From Fistulifera solaris (lineage: Eukaryota), in the NCBI GenBank assembly GCA_030295235.1, contig AP026129.1, positions 62,001 to 126,000 of the forward strand: 64,000 bases of DNA, written 5' to 3'. The notes below the pieces were generated by a model that had not been told where the DNA came from, did not search any database, and worked only from the letters and a program-made list of their open reading frames with translations. Positions 50,714-62,618 of this stretch are shown piece after piece; the stretch's first letter is position 1, and each line of letters begins with the position of its first letter. Made by a program: the position numbers and the translations under genes.

Positions 50714-52728
50714 ATGCCGAAAGCAGTGGATGAAGATCGTGCGCGACGACGTGAATTGCTAGAACAAAAACGTGCCGCCCGACGATGGACGAAAGAGCAA
50801 GTACAACAGCAACAACAAAAGGATGCCCCCAAAGCCGCCGCTTCCACAACTGCTTCTACAACTACTACAGACACTTCCCGTGAACCGTGTTTATTATTTC
50901 AAATGAAAGAAGATTGCTGGAATTATACAATGGGTTTTCTATCGGCGACGGATATGGGTCGACTCATCATGACCTGCCGATCGGCACCCAGATTCTTTGC
51001 ACCATTGGATTATTTGGCGACGCGTTTACAGGCATTTCCGGATGTGCAGTACTGTCCTGCACCAACCATCGAGCAATTAGAAATGATTTGGAAACAAGCA
51101 GCGGCGGGGGGTGATACGGGGCGTATTCGTATTCTTCCTCGACAACCCGCCCAATCAGCGTATCCAGATTTCTTGGCGTACGCTCGTTTCCTTGAACAAT
51201 CGTTGCACAGATACTTGCGATTGAAACAACCTCATCAACAACCAGTATTACTAGGGAAATGGTGGCACCATGGTGTCCGTTTCACCCGAACATTCCCTGG
51301 TGCGATCGTTTGATGGAGTAGCTTCATGGGGTATAGGGAAACGTGGCCAGCTGGGGCACGGCAAACGCGAGGATGAAAAATTACCACAGCTCATTCGATT
51401 TGGGATAGGATACTCCGTAAAAATTGTACAAATTGCTGCGGGAGGTGGTCTCGTTCGTGTAGCACATTCACTCCTCTTGACGGAATTTGGTCGCGTGTTG
51501 TCCTTTGGGACAGGACAATATGGTGCACTAGGACACGGTTATTCGGCCGCCAAGCAACTTCCGGATATCATCAAGCCAAAATACATTGAGTCACTTCATT
51601 CCATTGTAGCTATTGCTGCGGGAGAACTGCATTCGGCAGCGGTGAACTCGGATGGAGATCTGTTTACTTGGGGGGATGGATTCTGTGGACAATTGGGACA
51701 CGGAGATAAGAGACCGCAGGTGTCTCCCAAACAAGTCGTTGCGGGAGATCTTGCCGATGAGTGTATTGCTGGCATTTCTTGTGGTAGTCGCCATACAGTC
51801 GCCATTACAGAAGATGGAGACGTATTCACTTGGGGTTTGGGGCATTTTGGAGTACTGGGAAGAACATTTACGCCTTTTGACTACGACGCCGATGCTGCGG
51901 TAGTGGCATTGGGTAGTGTGCCGGATGAGGATGGAGTCGAAGTAGGGCTTCCAGACCATGATTTACCAGAAGTACCTCCGCCACAACGAGACGCGGCAGC
52001 TGAACTTCTGGCGCATTTCGAACTGATTGCAAACCTTTCCCTGGAAGATTCGAGTGATCAATGTATACCCATGCCAGTGGAATCACTAAAGGGTATTCGC
52101 ATTGTTTCTTCCAGTGCTGGTCATCGTCACACGCTATTGTTGGATAGCCAAGGAGGAGTGTATTCCTGTGGAGCGGGTATTGCAGGTTGTCTTGGTCACG
52201 GAGATACCGAAAACCAAATGTTTCCCATGAAAATCAAGTGCTTCGACGAACAGCAAGTGCGAATAAGAAAAATTAGTGCAGGAGTAGACATGAGCATGGC
52301 TATCTCGGTAGACGGCAGAGTCTATGGATGGGGGAAAACAGACGATGGAAGGATTGGCTTGGGAATGTCACGTGGACAAATTATTTGGCCTCGTCAAGTG
52401 ATTATTCAAGATCCCATATCTGGCGCCAATCTTAAGGCAGTTGATGTGGAGTGCGGCTATGTTCATTCCATCATCGTCGCTCTCAATGGTACTCTCCATA
52501 TGTGTGGCGGCGTTGGCGTAGATGGCGAAGACGACGGTCAGGGACTAGAAGCTAGTAATGGCGAACTTGACCCAGCCAAGAAGGGCAAACCATATCAAAT
52601 GGAGAATATAAATGTTTGGCATCGAGTTCCGGAGCCCAAGGAGGATGTGGAACCAAAGCCAACTTACAAAAAAGTATGGGAAGTACGAGATCCGTGGCAG
52701 ATCGAAAATGATGAGTGGTGCCGATTAA
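50714..52728 (+). CDS. RCC1/BLIP-II repeat protein with F-box-like N-terminal segment
   Basis: Repeats SWGIGKRGQLGHG, SFGTGQYGALGHG, TWGDGFCGQLGHG and SCGAGIAGCLGHG. Indels at ~51255 and ~52670. Confidence 0.88.
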
Positions 52729-53620
52729 TTGAATTGCAATGTCACAAAAACTGAACGGCGTGAATGTGGAATGTTACGCTACAAATAATGACGGCTACAA
52801 TTCATTCCTTTTATCATGAATCACGCTGAACGACGGCTAAGATTATAAGAAGATGACTCTGGATTGAGTAAACTAGTACTCCGAGTACCAGGTACACGGA
52901 CTAGTTGTCACGCAGCATACACGTCACAACAACCTATACAAGTAAATTGCCGGGACGGTACCAGTACCGTACTCCTTAGCAACACCACAGATATTTAACC
53001 TTAATTCATGCTCAGACAAAATACAGGGGTTTACGTGATCCTCATCGTTAATCCTCATGCACGATGTGTCGGACAGGCGTACAGCACACCAACGCGTACG
53101 TCACATATTTAGCGTTCGATGACAACGAGGATGTGCTTCAACTTGGGATAAAGATGGCGCGCGCCTTGATAAAAAGAAATTCTTTTCGAGTTGACTCTCT
53201 ACCTCGAATGTATCTAATTCGTCTTGTCGCTAGTTTCTAGGTTAGGGCTCACACAACGAGTCGGCCCAATGCCACTTTAAAACAATGATAAGATAATCAC
53301 TAGCAATCGCTAATTTAGAGAATTAATTATCTCAGTGACTGTGTGTGTGTAAACAGCAGGTTGTATGTAGTTTGTCGAAAATCAAGTTCGCCATGGGCTA
53401 CATGAAACAACACGTGCCTAGCGTGTCGAATAGATGATGTGAGTTGTGCGGGATGGGCTAGCGCGATGCGGACAAGGATAGGTGCTAGCACCTGTCATCT
53501 GCTCGGTTGTGGTGCTTTCATGAAATGAAAGCAGAATTCATGAAATGAAAGATCTGAAATGCGTGGTGGGACGAAAAAGGACTTAGTCCAAAGTCAAAGT
53601 AACGATAGGAGATGGCTTGC

Positions 53621-54763
53621 TTAGGGCTTCACAACTGCATAACCAAAGAGAGTGACGGCTTCTTCCAGACTAGGAAGCTCATTGTCGTATACATGCTCTG
53701 CAGACCGGCAGGCGTCTTTCCACAATTCGACACTAAATCGTCGAAACTTGGGGCGGGGGACTGACAGTTCGGCGGCGTTTTCAGCAGAGTCTACTACTTT
53801 TCGCTTTCGACTCGCAGCTTCATCGAGATAAAGCTGCAGACACTGAGCCTTGACTCGCGTGATTTCCATTTCTTTGCGCAGCTCAATCTGTTGCTAAAGT
53901 AGTTTATAACTTCTGTGAGACAGCCTGTTTATTGTACTCTCATTAACATGGAGCTAGCTTTGAAAAACACTCACCTCATTGCGACTACCGAATTCATCCA
54001 CCGATCCGGTGAAAATAAGTTCGCAGTTTCGAAATGAACGCAAAATGCGCTCGTCGGCAATGTCGGAACGGGTAGTGATATCTTCCATCGTAGGTACATT
54101 ACCCGAAGACGGTTTAAGAATATGCACAGTAACCCTATCTCGCTTGGTGACAAGTTCGTCCCCTTCCGGACCCGAACCACTGAAATCCGCCTCACTAGTT
54201 GTATCCGAGGAAGTGATGCTGTTGTCTTCGGATGTAACCGATGGCATACTAATCACCGACCAGGGAGAAACGAGTGACGAATTGCGACCAGGCAAACCAG
54301 CCGAGGAAATACGGCGGGGCGTCTGAAGGCGACCGACTTCTTGTTCGTGCATTTGCGTGACCATATCAACGAGTGAAATGTTGTGATTGTCATAAAGAGT
54401 AGCATCGCTGTGTTCGCGAGTTGATTTGAGCGGCATGGGGATATTCTTCAACGAGGGCTTGCGAATCTTAGCTTCCACACGGGGCTTCCAGTATCTCTTA
54501 CGATTGTTGACGAACCAGTTTGTAAGTTGCTTCATTTCGATGCCTGTATCTTCCATAATTTGCGCTTTCTCTTGCTCGGTTGGATAAGGATGAGCGACAT
54601 GCTCGGGACTCATAATCCACTGCTTGAGATACTCCACTGTTTCTGGAGGCAAACTGGAGGATTTTCGACTCTTTGATTTTGCTAGTGACTTTTCGAGACT
54701 ACTACTGCTGGAAGAATCCATCATCATCTTGCTAGAGTCTTTCATAGCAATCGAAACACTCAT
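53621..54763 (-). CDS. TALE-class (Homeobox KN) transcription factor, 2 exons
   Basis: LPPETVEYLKQWIMSPEHVAHPYPTEQEKAQIMEDTGIEMKQLTNWFVNNRKRYWKP; intron 53974-53894. Confidence 0.92.
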
Positions 54764-56526
54764 TGCTTGTGTCTTTTTGAAGATAGAGAGAGAGAGTGAG
54801 AAGAGATTTTGCAGAAGGCGTGTGCGGGAAAGTGATGTGCGCGTGATGGGAAAGTTGATGGGGGAGGAAAAAGAACAGATTTCGAGTTTGATGTGTGTGA
54901 GTTGCCATCGTCGACAGAAATTCATACAGTCCACACAACGTTTGTCGCATTCAGGGACGAAAAGAACAGGACAAATGTTTTCATCGATTGTGATTGGTTC
55001 ATTGGGTGGTGATGTATCCTTTCCACGAAGGCAAGTGAAAATTTCGGCGGTAAAAATGAACACGTCAGGGGATTGGGGACAGGTTACTATGACGGATTGT
55101 ACAGAAAACAATTAGTCGTTCTGATCTCTGATGACAAGAGTACTCAAATGGCCCCTGTCATCTGCTTGTTTCGGTGACGAGTGTCTGCGTCCGTGCAAGC
55201 GACAAGATCGGAGGACGGCATCAAGTGTTCATCGTGTTGCGCGCGATGGCGATGGAGGTGATGGGTGGGCTTGGAAAGTGATGGGCGATGGAAGTGCGTC
55301 GGAAGATAGCATCGAAACGAAGAAAACATTGAGCTTATGAAACATACGAAACAACAGCTTCGAAAAACTCAATCTTTCGATTATGTTCCGCGCATTCAGA
55401 GCACTTCGAACGCAAAGAACGCGCGTGCGTATCAAAGAAAAACCTCCGCCGTCCTTGCACATCTTTCTACCTCAACACTAACGTTTTAGTCTTTTCGACG
55501 CAATCAAAAGGGCTGACAAAATAGTCAACGACGCGTCTGAGAAAGCAGTGAGCTTGATGATTCAAGCCAAACAGGATATCGCCCGGATAAGAGAGGAAAA
55601 AGATCGCAAAGGATTGATGAATCTTTCTTTCGTCGGTTTGAAGAAATTAGAATGGAAGAAGTGGCGCGTCGCAAATTGAGTGCGTCATGGATGTTTTTGA
55701 ACGACTACGAAAAGAAACACAAAGACAGAAATGTTCGATAGAAACAATAAACAGTTCGACTTGTTTCATTGATGGACTTACCTCTGCACCGATTATGTTT
55801 TTTGTGATGTTTGGTGTAACAAAAAGATTTTTCGTGCTTGACAAAAAAATTCTGCTGACGACGATGGCCACGAAACGTAATGCAGCCACTGACAAGTGTT
55901 TTCAGCCAACGAAATCGCTTCATCCGCCGATGATGATTCAAGCAGCGAGTAGCGGGGGAGGACCGAATCCCAACTTCATGTTTCATGTCTTCCTTCTTTC
56001 CGATGCGAGATTGAAGTAGTCGTACTGAATCTAACTTAGCATGTATTTTGCTGAAGAAGTTGTAGAGACCAGATGGCTTCTTTCTTCCTTCGACAACTAT
56101 TGGAGGAAGAGGCAGCGTCATCTTTGGCCTTTACTTTGTATTGGACTGTAAATTGCTCCCTTTCTGCTTTCATGATTGATGAGATCGGCACGCAACTTGG
56201 CGCAGATACCCCGATCCCAACTAGTGACTGAATCTTGAGCCGCGCGCTGTGCACACTTTTCTTTGCTTTTCCTACTACGTATATCAAAGACCTTAGCGTT
56301 GGATAACGGTTACCTCGTACACTAAAAGCAATACCCGTTTCGCGCCACTGCAGACGGCACTCATTAGTATGATGAAAATTTTGGTACACGATATACAAGC
56401 TATGAAAAAACTCCTCCCCCAACTCGGCCGCACTCGTCATTCTCTCCACGAATTCCGTTCCCAATCCCAAGGGTTATACGCCACATTCGCGTTGGCATCG
56501 ATTGCCTTACAAACAACTTTTTGAAG

Positions 56527-57653
56527 ATGCGTTTTTGTTTACTACCACCGCTTTCTCTCTTTTGGCTCATCCCCATTGTGCAAGGCCGTTTTATACGTGA
56601 TTTGCTCAATAATGCCATTGGACGCTCGGGAGAATTTGAAATCACGCTCGCTTTCAAAGACGTGCCCTTTCTACATCGTTTACGATACTTTTTCCGGCTA
56701 GAATTCAATGGCAGAATACAATTGCGGGTGATGTTGTTGATGTAAATGACGAGCGTTTACCCACTTTCGAGCCCACTGACTGTGGACCTTACCCCGCTGC
56801 AGTGGATGATCTGTATATTTGTGTTTCCTACACAAATATGGATGGAGCGGGAGGAATTGTCGGTGGTGGTTACGCGTCCATCTATCGTCTTCCTTCTTAC
56901 TTACCAATTGTAGGATCGATGGTTTTCGATCAAGCCGATGTACCAGGCCTTAGACGGGATAGTTTGTTTCGCGCCAGTATTCTTAGTGAAATGGGGACCG
57001 TGGTGAGTAAAGACCTTTTCGGCTGTATGCTTTCTATTAAAAGACAATGCTCTCACTCTTTTCTGCCTTAGCTCGGTCTGAATTTATTTGCTTGGGATGG
57101 CAAAGATCTAGTAACCAGTGCCACGGGCAGTCCACCGTGTGTATACAAATCCGAGAGCAACGCGACACGAGAATGGCGATCCCTCTCTGGTTGCAGTAAC
57201 TCGGTTCCGGTCGAAAGTAGTTTTCCGGACGACGCTGCGATACACTGTGGACACTGGGATGAAGTATGCATGCAAAATGAAATCATGACACCCAATGTAC
57301 AGCGCCGTGGGCCCGTGTCTCGTGTTACAATTGGTGCTTTGGAAGATTTGGGTTATCAAGTCGATTACTCCAAAGCCGATAATTATGGTCCAGCCGATAT
57401 AGCAGCGTCTTGTCGATGCTCGGAACCATCGAGTCGTGCACTGATCCGAAAAGCTTCAAGTCAGTCGGAACGAAAACTTTCGTCCAGTGGATTTGATGCG
57501 GCTGTGTCATACGGGAAAGAACTGATCAGCAAACACCACTCAAGTATGCGACAAGAATCGGATTCGGTTGACACAGACTACGCTATTGGTAACACTGCAG
57601 TTGTATTGGTGTATGAGAATGGAGAATTGTTCAGTGTGACCACCACATTGTAA
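56527..57653 (+). CDS. Secreted leishmanolysin (M8)-like protein lacking the HExxH motif, 2 exons
   Basis: Signal peptide; VDDLYIC...DGAGG; SILSEMGTV|LG (intron 57003-57071); GHWDEVCMQNEIMTP; SRVTIGALEDLGYQVDYS. Indel(s) ~56670. Confidence 0.75.
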
Positions 57654-57706
57654 AAAATAGAAACTGCAACCTTACATGGAACTTTATATGACCTCTACTT
57701 ACTCAC

Positions 57707-58493
57707 TTAGCCATTCTTGTTACCTCCGCCAAAACCAGAGAAACCCATCATTGCAGCCATTTCCGGATCAATACCTTCAAAATCGACCTCCTCCCTCACC
57801 TTCGTCTTCTTCTTTTTCTTCTTCTTCTTGTTGTTGTTGCTGCTGTTGTCGCATGTTTTCCATAGCTTTCCTCTCTTTTCGTATTCTCTTCTTTTCTTCT
57901 CGCTCCCTTTGCAGTGCTTCATCTTTGCTTTGTACCAACTCATTCAAATCTACTATATCATCCAAGCTAGTTTCCTTTTGTGATTTTGATGTTTGTGAAA
58001 TGGATTTGAGACGATCTAAAACTTGATCCTTGGTCGATCGTTCGACTCGCATGGTAAATCCCAGCTTTCGTTGATGTTTTTTCCCGTTAATATGATCCAA
58101 GTAGGTAAGGGAATCCTTCAAAAAGCAATCACACACTTTACAATGCCAGCCGATTCCCGATTTGACCACGGCGTTATCCGCAGACACCATTTCCGATGTC
58201 CCTACTTTCGATTCTAAATCAATTGCTTGCTGTCGTGCTCGCAAAAATGCTCGTTTTGATCCTTCCGGACCTGCCGCATCAGGCGGTGCTGCCTGAAATT
58301 CTTCTTTGTTGCTGTCATCTTCGTTCTTAGCGTTTGCCGTGCTGTTGTCGGTTCCTTTCTTCCTTGTTTCTTCTAGATAGCCAGCCTCTTCTTCCCGGGC
58401 TTGTCGCTCCTTGGCCCGTTGCTCGTACGATTCCACATCCCATTTTCTTCGGGAGACGTTCGCTACTTGCTTATAATTCAAATTAGATGCCAT
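57707..58493 (-). CDS. ZMAT2: Zinc finger matrin-type protein 2 (spliceosomal Snu23)
   Basis: RRKWDVESYE, GWHCKVCDCFLKDSLTYLDHINGKKHQRKLG, RVERST and terminal MAAMMGFSGFG. Indel in the low-complexity tract ~57790-57820. Confidence 0.93.
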
Positions 58494-58661
58494 GGTGATT
58501 GTACATTGTAAATGCATTATTTAATGAGTTTGTTGTTGGATGTTTTATTGTGCGAAACAGTATCGGAAACATTGCTGTGCTGCTTGTGTTTGTGCGTTGT
58601 GCGTAGGTAAGATCGAATCGATGTTTACTTGTACTGGATGGTAGAGTAGGAGTGACGCTTT

Positions 58662-58686
58662 CCGACTCAAATGTTTGTTCAGTCCC
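58662..58686 (+). promoter_or_regulatory. Recurrent dyad element CCGACTCA-N8-TTCAGTCCC
   Basis: ~170 bp upstream of the ZMAT2 ATG. A sixth copy lies at 58866-58888. Confidence 0.5.
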
Positions 58687-59330
58687 GCCAATCTTAGCCC
58701 CATTCACCCTTTCGTCACTTTGGAATACTTCGCACACTGCATTTTTTCGAAATATTATGCTAGTTGCTTCAGTTTCGTGGTGTTGATGATATAGCTGGAA
58801 TGAATTATTCCAAAATCAAATACAATTTCTAATTATCCAATAAATGATATGCTCTGGTTGCATTTCCGACTCGTCCTTTTTCAATCCCGGCAACGGGCTA
58901 CCGCACGCTCGTATTTGATATTTGATAGCCAAGTTACCTCTAGAGTAGCGTTGCGCGCAAATTCAAAAACGTAAACAGGACTTTGTTGATGTAGCTTCTC
59001 TTGATTGGATTTAGAGTTCACGGACACTGAGAGCGCATTAAGCAGCCTGACGCAATTGTTCTACTCCTTGCTTTTGTTTTGAAGTAAATTTCCGCTCCAG
59101 TGCGTTCCGAACGAAATTCAACTCATGAAACAAACTACCCTACTGTCTACTAGTCGTTTTCCTGCAGTCATCCAATCATTGTATTTCAAAAATTGTGTAG
59201 TTTATGATTTATATTACTGATATCCAACCCTATAGTGAAACGATGGAAGTTCACACAAAGCTCCAACGGTGTGCCCCAACAGCGGGAAGTTGATTATGAA
59301 AAGGTTCACAGCACCTTTCTTGACTTTATC

Positions 59331-60057
59331 TCAGTTCGAGGAAAACTCGGTACTGGATCCATGTGAGTGTTCTTTGGCTTCATCAAAACAGGTTTGAGCA
59401 TCCTCTATAAGACCGAGCGTTAGAAGCTGCTTGCCGAGCGCTCTCCATATCGAAGACACATGGACATTGTGACTCGCAAGAGCAATAGCTAGTGCTTCAC
59501 AAAGGCATTGAATAGCTGTTTCGGGTTGACGGATATTCGCGTATTCATTCGCGAGCTTTTGTAACACGACTGCTACTGGAGGACTCCTTGGTCCGTAGTA
59601 AGCCACCAGCATTTCCAAACTGTACTGCAGTGCATGGATGCTCTTGATAGGATCGCTTCTGAACGAATGTACGTTGGAAATTGCAATGAGAACCTCTGCT
59701 TTGACAGGGAGCAATTCCGGCTTGTCTTCTCGTTGTCGAAGAGCACGTGCAAAGTGAAACAGAGACTCCGAAGCCTTTCCTTCTCGATAGTATTTGAAGC
59801 CAGTTTGTACCGCCTCGTCAAACGTTGCTTCTTCCCCCTTCGGCAGATTGCTGTAAAGAAGTATAAGAGGAAACCTGATTGAGGGTCATGTTGTTAAATG
59901 AAACTTCAATGCGTTCCTGCTTAAGCTCCACATTTTCTTTCGATGGAAAGGACGTGTTACGAATCATTTGTACAACGTTTGGCCTATCGTATTCTGCGCC
60001 GTCTGATGAGAGTGTTTCGTCATTTATAATGTAATTCAAACCCCGAAACAAAAGCAC
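59331..60057 (-). CDS. Short TPR-repeat protein (possibly disrupted or spliced)
   Basis: VAVVLQKLANEY...AIQCLCEALAI and SIWRALGKQLLTLGLIEDAQTCFDEA resemble kinesin-light-chain-type TPRs; 5' structure unclear. Confidence 0.5.
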
Positions 60058-61444
60058 GATTTCGTCGTCTTTTTATACCTTTGGTCAAGTGGTGTCAACG
60101 CGGAGTGCCGATAATTCTCAAAAAATGACTGCGGTACTCACGACTATCTCCAAGACCACGCGGGGCGGGGCTCGCGGCTCGCGGCACGTAGCCTTTTGTT
60201 CTATGATCCACTAAGCGTTCTGTACTGGTGCTGTCATTTGACTTTTTTTGCGGTTCGAGGGCTGTTGGTTGGTCACTTTGTTACTGATGTTCGTTGAACT
60301 AATTTGTAATTATATGCGCTTTGATCAATATTTTTATATTTTTATTTATTGACTCTAAATTGCACCGTTGATTCTTGATTCTTGTAGACCGCCGAGCTCT
60401 AGGAGATTCTTCGACGATCAATTATTGTCTAACTCAAACAACTTAACGTCGATCGTCGGTACAATTTTACGGGGTTCTCTGTAAAAGTAAGATCCATAGA
60501 TCCGAAATCCGAAGATCTTCACCGTCTATCGTCTATCATTAATCTGTTATCTCCAGTCCCCCTAAAACCTAAAAACAATCCGACTGGCTTTACCATTGTT
60601 TGTCGTTTGTCTTCCTTTGTCAGCTTTCTCTGTCATCCACAAGTATCGTGAGATCGTGGGTCATGGTCACGAATCATGAATCATTTTGAAATTTGTACCA
60701 CTACTTTGAGTATTATTTTCTCCACTTAGTGACGGAAGAACGGCTCTAGTTTACTCGGGTTGTGTATCATGGTTCGGTTGTCTATTGTTTGGTTTTCGAT
60801 GGGAATGGGTACCGGAACCGGTACCGGTAGGGAAAGCACCAAGCGCAAGGGAAAGGGCGATAAATCTGAACTTATACCAGTATTGAGTAAGTATTTTAGA
60901 CCTCGTTTCTCTTCGTCTCTCTGTATCCAGATTTATCACACAATTTTACTTGTGACGGCTTGTCCGTTGAAAACGCCATGGAACCTTTTTCGCCATTTTA
61001 TTCTCCTCCTTTTCTACCTGGTAAGTATTTAGGATTTAAAAATAGAATATAAACGAAGGGGGACAAGGATGCGCAGTGAAAGCAACGCGGAAACTTGGAA
61101 CGGGTATTTGAATTTATAGTTAACAATGTTCAAAATGGAAGTTAGATCTCTAATTTGAAGGTGCACGGTGCATTATACGTAGTCTACTTCGTTATTTTAG
61201 TTACCCACGGTTTCGTTGTTTCGTTGCGTCTTCCCCTCCTACCGTATCGGAGACCGGAAAAAGTTAACGGGATGCACGAGATGCTAAAAACAGTAAATGA
61301 ACCACGTGCGGATTCGTTATCTGGAATGTTAGTCAATGAAAATAGTCGACGATCAATGAGCACGCTCTCAGCAAAGGCAAGTTGATTGCATAGAGAGCAT
61401 ACCAAGAACCAAACATTTTGCATTTCAGCCTTCATCTTTTCTCG

Positions 61445-62078
61445 CTAGTTCTGGTTCATTAATGCATTCGCCGCCTCCGAAAAAGCAGCAACGCCTGTCA
61501 ACTTCTTCCACGGAGGAGGCCTTTCGTGAATCTGCTCCAACGCCTTCAAGCTCGCATAGGCTATGCCTGTTTTCGGATCCTTATATATTCCAGGAAGTCC
61601 GGTTACCGGACAGAATTTGCGCGGAGGCAAGGGGTGTTGAGTAAACGCCTGGGATGTCAGAAACGCATGTGCGACACTATGTTGCGGTCTACTGGCTTCC
61701 TCCATGAGAATACTGGCTAGCGAACGAGGCAAGAATCGTTTTGGCAAGGCAGCGGAGTTGTTTGTGGCATTTTTTCTGCCTCGTTTCTTCGGTTTGCCTC
61801 CTCCTTCGTGTTCTTCCAGTTCATCGTATTCCTCTTCCTCATCCTGAACAGCACCCATATTCGGATCAACTCCCTCCAACGCATCGATCCACAAAGAAAT
61901 CTCAAGTTGTTCGTCTTCTTCTGAGTTGAGCGTCGCTTTTCGTGCTTTTTGTCGCCTTTGGGGATCTTTTGTGTCGGTCGGACCGTCGTTTCCGAGGGGC
62001 TTGCAACGCCGGAGGCAGCGCCGCACCGGCAGTAGCTTTCATTGCATCGTTCCAAGCTTTTCGAGCTGTCGCGGCCAT
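61445..62078 (-). CDS. SWR1/INO80 chromatin remodeller subunit (SWC6/ZNHIT1-like N-terminus with YL1_C-like C-terminus)
   Basis: WIDALEG, acidic then basic tract, RSLASILMEE, then PPRKFCPVTGLPGIYKDPKTGIAYAS. Indel ~61960. Confidence 0.7.
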
Positions 62079-62618
62079 TTTCTAATTGTTGCTTTTATGT
62101 GAAGAGAACAATGAAACAAGAACGAATGGTTGATATCACAAATCAATATTAAGTAGCTCGTAAGTTTATCAAGGCGACAAGGTTGCCTGTATTAGTACAA
62201 CAACACGCAAATGGTGGGACGCACGGACCGGACGGAAATAAGGACGATGTTCGTTTGTCGTTAATCGTGAAGAATAATCATCCCCGTGAACAACTTCTCC
62301 GCTATGATCTAGAATACGCTTAAAGTGTAGGAGACTTTCGGGCTTCCACCAATGAAATAGTTCGCTTTCTTCTGCGAAAAGAATAGTATAGCATACTTTG
62401 TACTTTGCAGAAACCCACGTTCTTTCCCAACGAATATCATCAGGAAGAGGATGATTCATTTTTCATTCGGAGATCGCATTCTGCGAAGCGAAACGAGAAC
62501 GCTTTTGTGAGATTTTTTTTTCTCAATCTGATTCATTCATAAAATCAAAACATTCCGATCCAATCAAAAAGCCGAAAAAAAACAAACTAAACGACAAACA
62601 AAAGAAGCATTCATTAGA

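Noticed and set aside
55131..56470. Several 60-144 aa ORFs upstream of the homeobox gene
   Set aside because: No recognisable motif or consistent gene model. It could be a decayed gene but I cannot support a call.
62169..62459. 96-aa minus-strand ORF
   Set aside because: Lies in a short divergent promoter region and shows no recognisable similarity.
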